Shown here: one piece after another, positions 50,910 to 58,399 of the stretch
How the letters are laid out: each line of letters starts with the position of its first letter
Position numbering within the stretch: the first letter of the stretch is position 1
Virus record (IMG/VR): IMGVR_UViG_3300024339_000012
Location: 1 to 64,000 of that record
DNA from: a virus
Direction: 5' to 3' (one strand)
Length of the DNA: 64,000 bases
Position numbers and translations under genes: made by a program
Notes under the pieces: model-generated
Told to the model about the DNA's origin: nothing
Database searches by the model: none
The model's input: only the letters and a program-made list of their open reading frames with translations

Positions 50910-50960
50910 AATAAATAGTTTAGTTAATAAAAAAAATAATCTCAAAAGAAAAAAGCCTGG

Positions 50961-51440
50961 CTAATTGCCAAGCTTAGTTTTAATTTCCATAACATACTTC
51001 TTCGGTTTCTCTCCTGGTCGGAGTCGTTCCAAGTTAATTCCTTGCATCGTCATAATACTGTCATGATAGTGCATAGCCTCAATTACTTTCATGTTGGCTG
51101 AGTTATTACTATCAGAAATGATCTGAGTATATAACTGCAAGTATTTCATTGCCTGCTCTTCGGTAATTAACTCACCTTTTACCCGGTTACATGAGAACAT
51201 GCCATGATCAGAACTACCAAAGAATCTACAAATAAATGGTCTGTTCTCATACTGTGAACAGCCCTCATCAGTCATGAATTCACATTCATATTTGTCATTC
51301 CAGTTGGTGTACAGTCTACCTTCAGGTAAACCCATTGCTTTAGCCTCACTCGGAAGCATATAAACAGGACTGCAACACACGTTACAGTCCTTCTGACATT
51401 CAACGTCAGGTAAGCATTTGTTAAGCTTTTTTAAGTTCAT
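50961..51440 (-). CDS. YkgJ-family (CxxxCxxCC) cysteine-cluster protein
   Basis: CQKDCNVCC..CEF..GCSQYENRPFICRFF. Confidence 0.8.
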   Translation of the reverse strand: MNLKKLNKCLPDVECQKDCNVCCSPVYMLPSEAKAMGLPEGRLYTNWNDKYECEFMTDEGCSQYENRPFICRFFGSSDHGMFSCNRVKGELITEEQAMKYLQLYTQIISDSNNSANMKVIEAMHYHDSIMTMQGINLERLRPGEKPKKYVMEIKTKLGN

Positions 51441-51606
51441 CTTCTTTTAGTTCTTTAATCCAACGCTTGAGCCTTTGGATACGTGCAATTAAATTTGTTA
51501 TTTGAAGTCTTACATCAACAGTTTTCTTGAGTTTCTTAAGCTCTGTAAGCCTTGCAGGTAATGGTACAAGTTTCTGTTCAATGAATGCTATGTCTGCTTT
51601 ACTCAT
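51421..51606 (-). CDS. Small coiled-coil protein
   Basis: 61 aa; resembles the upstream ORF 51599-51769. Confidence 0.55.
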   Translation of the reverse strand: MSKADIAFIEQKLVPLPARLTELKKLKKTVDVRLQITNLIARIQRLKRWIKELKEDELKKA

Positions 51607-51769
51607 GTGCTGACTCCTTTCTGATTATCCATGCATGTGCAGTTTTAATACGTCCGCGAATGTAGTTAATTCTTGACTTAACATCACTGGTGCGTTTGAG
51701 TGGCAGTAATCTTTGCAACTCTGTTTTCTTACTTTTCAGTAATCTTTTAACAATTTTGATTTCACTCAT
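51599..51769 (-). CDS. Small coiled-coil protein (56 aa, not in ORF track)
   Basis: Hand translation MSEIKIVKRLLKSKKTELQRLLPLKRTSDVKSRINYIRGRIKTAHAWIIRKESAHE*. Confidence 0.55.
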   Translation of the reverse strand: MSEIKIVKRLLKSKKTELQRLLPLKRTSDVKSRINYIRGRIKTAHAWIIRKESAHE

Positions 51770-51791
51770 AATTTCATATTTAGAGGTTAAA

Positions 51792-51925
51792 AAGGAAGCT
51801 ACCCTTCAAAAGATCAACAGCGAGATCAACCGAAGCTAACCTGTCAGGGATTTGACATTGGGCTAATACGGGTCGTTTTATCCCGTAAATTTCATGAAGG
51901 CATCATTGATCTTTACAGCTCCCTT
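51792..51925 (-). ncRNA. Candidate structured ncRNA / cis-regulatory RNA
   Basis: On the - strand: closing stem aagggagctg/tagcttcctt, inner stem aaagatcaa/ttgatcttt, hairpins tacggg/cccgta and tgtca/tgaca; lies in a long ORF-free gap. Confidence 0.4.
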
Positions 51926-52116
51926 TGTAATAATTATCAACAAGAATAAAAATAATCATTGCTTACAACCAAGAGAATAGCAAGCCTTTTGTACTTACTG
52001 CTACCATAAGGTTGGGGCCTGCTATCTCTCAATCAAAGTATTATGAGCCGATCCAAAATGTTACCAAAAAACGGCACGCACAGCTTCACAGACAATGCGA
52101 TACTTTAATTTATTCA

Positions 52117-52386
52117 CTAAACTAATCTTGTATTGTTCTTCCTATTGAATTCGCTCAATGATATGTAAGTTCTATCGAAATCATCTTCCTCTTTACAAAA
52201 TTCAGCCAGTTCTTTCTCTTTGTTATCAATCTTATCAGTTATCATTGTAGGTATATCTTTCGTGTATTCTATATACGATATGGCTGTGTTGTTAATGGTA
52301 CGAGCATATCGTTTAGTTACAGTTACCAGCTTTCTTGAAAAGATATTGATAAACCTATTCTTTTGATTGGGGTCTTCAAATAACAT
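52117..52386 (-). CDS. Hypothetical protein
   Basis: 89 aa, preceded by the conserved leader motif. Confidence 0.55.
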   Translation of the reverse strand: MLFEDPNQKNRFINIFSRKLVTVTKRYARTINNTAISYIEYTKDIPTMITDKIDNKEKELAEFCKEEDDFDRTYISLSEFNRKNNTRLV

Positions 52387-52417
52387 GGTCGTAAATATTG
52401 GTTAAAAATAGAAATAA

Positions 52418-52966
52418 TCATTTTATGATAACCGATAATATCATGCATTCGTTTTTATTCTTAGGAAATTCAAGCTTCTTAATATGGCTGTAACCTCCTT
52501 TGTACTGCATATGCTTGAACATTTTGAGCTTCATCTTGAATATTTCTGTTCCCCAGCCTTTGGTATCAACAATCATGTTGTGGTCCGGGAGATAGAAGTC
52601 AGCTACCCATTTAATGGCTCGGATGGTCTTACCGTCTCGCTTAAATGAAGGCTGAAGTGTAATTACATACTGTAGCTCCATTTTGATGTTTTTAGCCTTA
52701 AATAGCTTATACATGTATGCCTCAAGCTTTGAATCAAACTTGATCTTATTAACCTCGACTTTGGTTGCATTTCTTACTCTGGCATTACCTTTCTTCATCT
52801 TATTTGGATTGAATTTAACTGGTTCCAATGGTGTAGGATCTACGTTGATCTTCAAATTCGATTTAGGGCCATAGTCGAGCATGGGGCTCTCCTTAGACAC
52901 TAACCTGCCTTTAATGATTACGATGCGACCATCAGCAATCATTTCCTGTAGTTCTTGACCTGTCAT
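52418..52966 (-). CDS. DUF1064-family PD-(D/E)XK endonuclease
   Basis: IKFDSKLEA..LQPSF..AIKWVADF..IVDTKG; likely ATG at 52966. Confidence 0.8.
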   Translation of the reverse strand: MTGQELQEMIADGRIVIIKGRLVSKESPMLDYGPKSNLKINVDPTPLEPVKFNPNKMKKGNARVRNATKVEVNKIKFDSKLEAYMYKLFKAKNIKMELQYVITLQPSFKRDGKTIRAIKWVADFYLPDHNMIVDTKGWGTEIFKMKLKMFKHMQYKGGYSHIKKLEFPKNKNECMILSVIIK

Positions 52967-52967
52967 C

Positions 52968-53135
52968 TTATTCTTCATTAGTGAACATATCTGTTTGTCC
53001 TGATAACTCTTTATCAACCTTTGCTTCTAATTCCTTAGCTATTGGAAGAATGATAAATTTATCTCTTGTCCTGAAATACTCTTTCTGAGCATCACGCATA
53101 GCTTTTACAAGCTTCTTAAATTGTTCGTCTTTCAT
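52968..53135 (-). CDS. Hypothetical protein
   Basis: Likely ATG at 53135; MRDAQKEYFRTR..LEAKVD, a common small phage protein pattern. Confidence 0.6.
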   Translation of the reverse strand: MKDEQFKKLVKAMRDAQKEYFRTRDKFIILPIAKELEAKVDKELSGQTDMFTNEE

Positions 53136-53278
53136 AACATTATGTGGTATAGTGCGAACATTACAACAAAACAAAGCAGCATGAAATACATCAGTGCTGA
53201 AAACATTTTGTCAAGGAAGTCGCCTCTAAATAATGCAACATCTCTTACTTCATCAAAAATAATTCTGAATAGTTTCAT
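53132..53278 (-). CDS. Small membrane protein (48 aa, not in ORF track)
   Basis: Hand translation MKLFRIIFDEVRDVALFRGDFLDKMFSALMYFMLLCFVVMFALYHIML*. Confidence 0.4.
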   Translation of the reverse strand: MKLFRIIFDEVRDVALFRGDFLDKMFSALMYFMLLCFVVMFALYHIML

Positions 53279-53373
53279 ATTTGGTATTGTTATTAAGTGA
53301 GTGTAAAATTAGTTTAAATAATTGAAGTTAGATAGTAAAATAAGTATATTTGCTTCAAATTAAAATACTAAAC

Positions 53374-53919
53374 ATGAAACCGTCAACGACACTGCGCTAC
53401 AAAGAGAAGTATGAATTCAATCCTTTGACCAAATCAAATGAGATATATCTGACTAAGGATACTAAACTTATCAACGTGGATGGTAAGGAAATAGATATTG
53501 TACATGATATCCCTGCCATAGATATTTATGAAGCGTTTGTAAAATATATAACAACAGCTCTCAAGCTATCTAACAAAGCCAAAGCTGTGCTTAGGTATAT
53601 TGTAATGTACAGCAAACTCACTGATGATATAACCGTTATTGATATGGATAAGCTCAAAGAGAATACAGGTTATAACTCTCTTGGGCCAATATATGCAGGA
53701 TTTAATGAGCTTATCGAAGCACAGCTACTAGCAAGGACTAAGTACGATGATCAGTTCTTTATCAATCCTAACTTCATTTATGACAAGGTAAATGTTATTG
53801 CATTAAACAATAAATATCTTATCGAGAAATACACTGAAGCACCAGTTCCAAAGAAAAAACAAGATCTACCTGCTGGTTTTGATATTTCCAGCAAGATAGA
53901 TCCAGGGGAAGACTTTTAA
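53374..53919 (+). CDS. RepL-like / wHTH replication-maintenance protein
   Basis: LSNKAKAVLRYI..IYAGFNELIEAQLL..FFINPNF; lone + strand gene with TATATTTG at 53345-53352. Confidence 0.6.
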   Translation: MKPSTTLRYKEKYEFNPLTKSNEIYLTKDTKLINVDGKEIDIVHDIPAIDIYEAFVKYITTALKLSNKAKAVLRYIVMYSKLTDDITVIDMDKLKENTGYNSLGPIYAGFNELIEAQLLARTKYDDQFFINPNFIYDKVNVIALNNKYLIEKYTEAPVPKKKQDLPAGFDISSKIDPGEDF

Positions 53920-53922
53920 AGG

Positions 53923-54195
53923 TTAGTGTTCATAACCGGTGTCGTGTACTACCATATCATCACCATATATTTGTTTCAGCTGTTCTGCGCTGGTATCAAA
54001 GCATAGATCACAATGGTCGTGGTAAACTTTACGTGCAAGCAATTGTGTCTCACAACGAGGACATTCTTTAAATGAATGTTTCTTGGCTAGCTTCCATAGA
54101 TATTCAATTAATACCCAGAATAGGAATATGCCAATAACGAGAAGTATCCACCAATACTGATGGAAGTTGTCGATTAAATTAAATGTGTTTTCCAT
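53923..54195 (-). CDS. Membrane protein with CxxC..CxxC motif
   Basis: N-terminal TM, then CPRC..CDLC. Confidence 0.55.
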   Translation of the reverse strand: MENTFNLIDNFHQYWWILLVIGIFLFWVLIEYLWKLAKKHSFKECPRCETQLLARKVYHDHCDLCFDTSAEQLKQIYGDDMVVHDTGYEH

Positions 54196-54410
54196 GATTA
54201 CTCTTCTTTTAACTGTTCATACTGTAATTCGGTCATGGCTACATAGCCAGTGTTCTTACTCATAATGTATATCGCCTACTTTAATCTCTTCAACGATTAC
54301 GTTCCCTTTGGTGTTTGTCATATTTATTAAGTTTAGTGAATGTCTGCCATAGTTAAGAAAGGGCGACAAAAAACATACCCGCTCGCGCGGGCTATGCTTT
54401 ATTAGCAATA

Positions 54411-54968
54411 CTAATATGTTTCTTGCTTTACTGCAACTTGTTTCAATACTCTGAAACCAGTTACCTTATCGGAAGTCTTACCGTCAAACTCTTCTGCCTC
54501 TATGATAATGTTAAGCTCGCAACTTACTAAGTCACGATAACCACTACCCTCTGGCAAAGCACATGCCTCAAAGAATTGATTAACGATGTTGGCACAACTT
54601 GCAGAACGGTCAGTATCCTCAAGACGCATCTTGGTTACTTTGTCTACTGCATATCCCTCACTACCGAGTTCATCATATGACTTACGGTCTTTCTTAGCCA
54701 ATTCGTCAAAACGAACAAACCCTTTACCGTTAAATCTGCGTACTGCAACGCCTTGCTTATTGTGAAACACAACAGCCATTTGTGGAGTGGCATCCAACCA
54801 TTCAGGAAGATTCTTCTTCTCAATTGGGTTTTTCAAACCAGACTTACGGTCATCAATGATGTACACTTCATGTACCTTTACTGAATGAGTTCCTACTGGA
54901 AGACGACTTACACCTTTGTCGTCAAAATTGTTTTCTGATGGTGCACTAACATGTTTAATAAAATCCAT
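54411..54968 (-). CDS. Hypothetical protein, possibly a second SSB/DUF669-like OB-fold protein
   Basis: LPVGTHSVKV N-terminal strand and ..EEFDGK..KVTGF C-terminal pattern. Confidence 0.45.
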   Translation of the reverse strand: MDFIKHVSAPSENNFDDKGVSRLPVGTHSVKVHEVYIIDDRKSGLKNPIEKKNLPEWLDATPQMAVVFHNKQGVAVRRFNGKGFVRFDELAKKDRKSYDELGSEGYAVDKVTKMRLEDTDRSASCANIVNQFFEACALPEGSGYRDLVSCELNIIIEAEEFDGKTSDKVTGFRVLKQVAVKQETY

Positions 54969-55142
54969 TTTATAAATGTGTTTGTTATTAATAAAAAACT
55001 AAAAAGAAAAATAATAAAAGCTGACTACTATAAATGTGGAACAAAATGAAATGACACATAATGTGAATGAGGTACTCGAAAAGAGTGTTGGGGATGTCCT
55101 CTCACTTAACCGAGCGTTAACGTGTTATTTATTTTATTAAGA

Positions 55143-55224
55143 ATATTATTATTATTATTATATATATATATATTATACTAAGAAATAGCTGTGCGCACGC
55201 ACACGCGTACACGCGCACGCGAGG
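55143..55224. repeat. Low-complexity (TAT)n/(TA)n tract followed by an alternating purine-pyrimidine CG/CA tract
   Basis: tattattattattattatatatatatata...gtgcgcacgcacacgcgtacacgcgcacgcg in a non-coding gap. Confidence 0.8.
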
Positions 55225-55347
55225 GTTACATTTCTGACATAGTAAACGTGAAGTGGTAAAAACAAAGAGCCACATAATGTGATCCTTTTATTGTTTACTG
55301 GTTTTGTCATCCGAGGATTTATTATTTGAACCAGCATCCTCTGTATC

Positions 55348-55776
55348 TTACAACCAATCTTCTAATTCCTCGATTGCATCATTCAGTTTACTCTTTGCAA
55401 CACTCTTTTTGTATATGATAATATCTTCTGGTGAGAAACAAAGTAGTGTGTTATCAATTCTTTTACCACGTTCACAAAGCATGAGGTATTCCTCTTTCCA
55501 TGTGATAGCCTCACGGATATCACTCTTCATGGCACGAGCCTCATCCATTTCTTTGTCCATTACATAGCTAATGTCAGTACCACTGGCTTTAGCATATTCA
55601 GCGATCTCTCTGATCTTCTGTGTTTGGATTGCCATAGCGTAAAAGAGGTATTGTAGGTCAAGCTCTGACCAGTACCTCTTAAGTTTGTGACATGCAACCT
55701 TTGGTTTTGTTTCATCAAGCTTAACCTGATCATCAATGTTCTTGTCACGTAATTCAATAACATCTGCATAATTCAT
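55348..55776 (-). CDS. Hypothetical helical protein
   Basis: 142 aa, preceded by the leader motif. Confidence 0.6.
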   Translation of the reverse strand: MNYADVIELRDKNIDDQVKLDETKPKVACHKLKRYWSELDLQYLFYAMAIQTQKIREIAEYAKASGTDISYVMDKEMDEARAMKSDIREAITWKEEYLMLCERGKRIDNTLLCFSPEDIIIYKKSVAKSKLNDAIEELEDWL

Positions 55777-55840
55777 AAAGCGTATAGTTTAAGTTAAAAA
55801 GAAAAATAACTCTTGCGATGATCTGCAAGAGCCACTCAAA

Positions 55841-56218
55841 CTAATTCATACTTAACCATACTGCCATGGGATAACCTGTCTTATTAAGTTTATAATAACA
55901 GTACTTGCCCTTTGGACTTTTGTGAACAATGAAACCTTTGTACTCGTGTTCTGTCTGCTCGTGAATCCAAACGGGGTATTCATTGCCACTCTTGGCACTG
56001 ATGCACTTCACGAAGTTAGCGCCACTCTTAGTTTCGAATACAGGAAACACTGTTCCCTCAACATCTATTGTTTCGCCGATGTCAATGGCGATGTTCAGGT
56101 CAGTTTTAAATGGTTGTGCCTCCGAGAAGGTCTGACCGGTACAATTAAATACTCCAATGAGTAATAATCCAACAACTGATATTGCAAGCAGTAAAGCTTT
56201 TGCACGATGATTTTTCAT
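55841..56218 (-). CDS. Hypothetical exported/membrane protein
   Basis: N-terminal signal/TM segment; leader motif upstream. Confidence 0.6.
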   Translation of the reverse strand: MKNHRAKALLLAISVVGLLLIGVFNCTGQTFSEAQPFKTDLNIAIDIGETIDVEGTVFPVFETKSGANFVKCISAKSGNEYPVWIHEQTEHEYKGFIVHKSPKGKYCYYKLNKTGYPMAVWLSMN

Positions 56219-56259
56219 GATAATAGTGTTTGTTAATAGTTAAAAAGAAAAATAACTCC

Positions 56260-56424
56260 CTACTGGGGAGCTATTGGTAAAGGGTTATTCTGAATGTGTT
56301 CATAGTGTTCCTGTGCTTGTGCCTCAGCTATAGCCTCAGCATCTGCACGGGTATGACCGTCATCCATTAAGTGTACTATGTACTCTGCATCACTAATGCA
56401 ATGGTATGTCTCTTCTGTACTCAT
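56260..56424 (-). CDS. Hypothetical protein
   Basis: The position of the leader motif indicates ATG 56424 (MSTEETY). Confidence 0.5.
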   Translation of the reverse strand: MSTEETYHCISDAEYIVHLMDDGHTRADAEAIAEAQAQEHYEHIQNNPLPIAPQ

Positions 56425-56479
56425 GGTAGCATATGTATTGGTTAATAAGAAAAATAAGCACGCGTTAGCGTGCCTACTA

Positions 56480-56686
56480 CTACATACGTACACCTACACT
56501 CACACCTGTTGTACCTACACCTATGGCCTTGGCTCTGTTGCTGGCCTCAGTAGTAAGTGCATCATGCAAGTAGTACAATTCATTCCAACGTATAGTGTCC
56601 TTACCGTGCACCTTATACATTTCCTCTTGTACTTCATTGATCTTGTTGTTTAACTCTTGATAAGTCATCTGCTTAATGTGTCTCAT
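56480..56686 (-). CDS. Hypothetical protein (first gene of the leftward arm)
   Basis: 68 aa; leader motif at ~56695-56722. Confidence 0.55.
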   Translation of the reverse strand: MRHIKQMTYQELNNKINEVQEEMYKVHGKDTIRWNELYYLHDALTTEASNRAKAIGVGTTGVSVGVRM

Positions 56687-56870
56687 GTCTGTAAGATTAA
56701 ATTAGTTAATTAAAAAAATAAAAAGTCTTAGCTACACAAAACAAGCCCCCCTACCCCGATCCAAAAAGAAAAGTTGAAAAACCCGTATATGACCCTCTCG
56801 AAGTTTTCTAAAATTAAATTTTTTTTGGTTTCACGTTTACGTGCCTTATTATGGATTCGCTTATAAGTTG

Positions 56871-56878
56871 TATATTTG
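56871..56878 (+). promoter_or_regulatory. Bacteroidota -7 promoter element
   Basis: TATATTTG upstream of 56918; similar elements at 58847 and 60842. Confidence 0.5.
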
Positions 56879-56917
56879 TAGTGATTATTTTTCTTTTAGA
56901 ATTTAAAATTTTAATTT

Positions 56918-57172
56918 ATGAAAACGTATATTGATAGTGCTGGCAGTTCTCATCATATTGACGAGAATAATATTTTTGGATTGGCTTATATAAAACCTGT
57001 AATGATTATTGTAAATGGTTTGTGTGTAAGTTTTAATGGTAAGGATGCGGCTACTGATGCTTATGAGGAGTTATTGCATACTATGATGGCTAAGGCTCAG
57101 AAGGAGAAGGATAGGCTTGCTGTAAAGGCTAATAATGAGAGGGTGGAGAAGTTGAGGGAGTTGTATGGGTAA
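56918..57172 (+). CDS. Hypothetical protein
   Basis: 84 aa; its stop codon is the TAA of hairpin site 1. Confidence 0.6.
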   Translation: MKTYIDSAGSSHHIDENNIFGLAYIKPVMIIVNGLCVSFNGKDAATDAYEELLHTMMAKAQKEKDRLAVKANNERVEKLRELYG

Positions 57173-57301
57173 CGGTTTGACTATGTTTAGTGCCGACAAA
57201 AAGAAACGAAATTTTTATAAACTTAAACACTTTAGAAATGAAAAAAGGAACTAATAAATTACCACAAAATGAGGCATTAAATATAAGTATTGTTATGCCC
57301 C
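57167..57301 (+). repeat. attC-like hairpin site 1
   Basis: taacggtttgactatgtttagtgcc ... ggcattaaatataagtattgtta imperfect inverted repeat. Confidence 0.65.
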
Positions 57302-57474
57302 GTTTTAAGGTTTTCACCTACTCGGTATACAAAACAGATAAAATAGGATATTGCCATTGGGCAAAGGGGCTTAATATGATTATTGAAAAAGATGGTGTAA
57401 AAATAGAGCTAAGTAGTGATGAGGTGCAAAAGATAGTAAAATCTTTGCCCCGTACAATAGGGGGCAGATACTAA
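57238..57474 (+). CDS. Cassette gene 1, hypothetical
   Basis: ATG 57238 lies inside the loop of site 1 and reads in frame through GTT (..ALNISIVMPRF..). Confidence 0.55.
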   Translation: MKKGTNKLPQNEALNISIVMPRFKVFTYSVYKTDKIGYCHWAKGLNMIIEKDGVKIELSSDEVQKIVKSLPRTIGGRY

Positions 57475-57476
57475 AT

Positions 57477-57611
57477 GGGGCATAACGGTGTTGGTATGTT
57501 GTCGTTGCGTAATTATAATACAAATTTTAAAAATATAGCAAATGATACAGTTTATTAAAAACCTATTTAATGGCAGTAAGCAGCAATGCAATATACCTGT
57601 TGTTAGGCGTA
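57477..57611 (+). repeat. attC-like hairpin site 2
   Basis: taacggtgttggtatgttgtcgttgc ... gcaatgcaatatacctgttgtta. Confidence 0.7.
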
Positions 57612-57832
57612 TGTGCCTTGAGCAGGAGGAAATGAATGAATACCAATACACGGATGTAGTTATTAATGTACTGAATGTCCCTTTTATGACTTTAACGGAG
57701 AGTAAAATGGGAAACGTATGGTATCATGATGAAATTGATGCATTATTTTGTTTAACAGCAAGAGGCTTTAAGGTTATAAAAGGTAGTAAGAAAATATTGT
57801 TTGAGCGTGGACTTGGGAGGCATTACGCCTAA
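57542..57832 (+). CDS. Cassette gene 2, hypothetical
   Basis: ATG inside the loop of site 2, in frame through GTT (..QCNIPVVRR..); stop is the TAA of site 3. Confidence 0.6.
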   Translation: MIQFIKNLFNGSKQQCNIPVVRRMCLEQEEMNEYQYTDVVINVLNVPFMTLTESKMGNVWYHDEIDALFCLTARGFKVIKGSKKILFERGLGRHYA

Positions 57833-57914
57833 CGGTTTGTGTATGGCAAGTAGCCCAAGCCAACGAATTAAAAACTAAATATTAATAGGCTATTTGCTAT
57901 ACACGTTGTTATGT
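57824..57914 (+). repeat. attC-like hairpin site 3
   Basis: taacggtttgtgtatggcaagtagcc ... ggctatttgctatacacgttgtta. Confidence 0.7.
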
Positions 57915-57948
57915 GTTGTGCGGATTTAAAGCAAAAAACTTAATTAAA

Positions 57949-58359
57949 ATGACTGATAAAGAGATTTACGAAAGATTTATGTTATGGATGGGAATGAAGC
58001 CTTCTAAAACAAAACAAGTAGAAGAAAACACAGTAATAAGATATGAGGATATTGACAACTGTGATGTTAGATTTACAAAAACTGGTTATGGTGAATTTTA
58101 TGCTGGTGCTGCTATAAAGGGTGGTAAGAAAGTTGCGAGAGCTGGTTGGAACGGCAGGGATATGTATGCTGTTATAATGCCAGGGTATCCAGATGGCGTT
58201 ACTGTGAATGAAGTGACACAGAAAGCGCATAATCTTCCGGAAGGAACTGTTTTGTATTACAGGCCCTATTTCCAATTGTACACAGCACAGAAGGATGTGG
58301 CGATGTGGGCACCGAGTGGATCGGATGCATTGGCAGAGGATTGGTTGATTGTTGAGTAA
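57949..58359 (+). CDS. DUF2829 / Tad2-like domain protein with an unrelated N-terminal segment
   Basis: AIKGGKKVARAGWNG..MY..PYF..WAPSGSDALAEDW is the DUF2829 signature; likely ATG at 57949. Confidence 0.75.
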   Translation: MTDKEIYERFMLWMGMKPSKTKQVEENTVIRYEDIDNCDVRFTKTGYGEFYAGAAIKGGKKVARAGWNGRDMYAVIMPGYPDGVTVNEVTQKAHNLPEGTVLYYRPYFQLYTAQKDVAMWAPSGSDALAEDWLIVE

Positions 58360-58399
58360 TCAGCGATAATTATTTTCTTTTTTGTTTGTTATTAATACT

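Larger units (their letters stand above)
50039..50939 (-). repeat. 33-bp exact direct repeat of the gene-leader motif (50039-50071 and 50907-50939)
   Basis: cataataaatagtttagttaataaaaaaaataa is identical at both sites, each including the ATG of a - strand gene. Confidence 0.9.

Noticed and set aside
57167-57915. CRISPR array or simple terminators as the explanation for the three hairpins
   Set aside because: The arms are not identical repeats, the spacing is gene-sized, and the hairpins have long loops with no U-tract.
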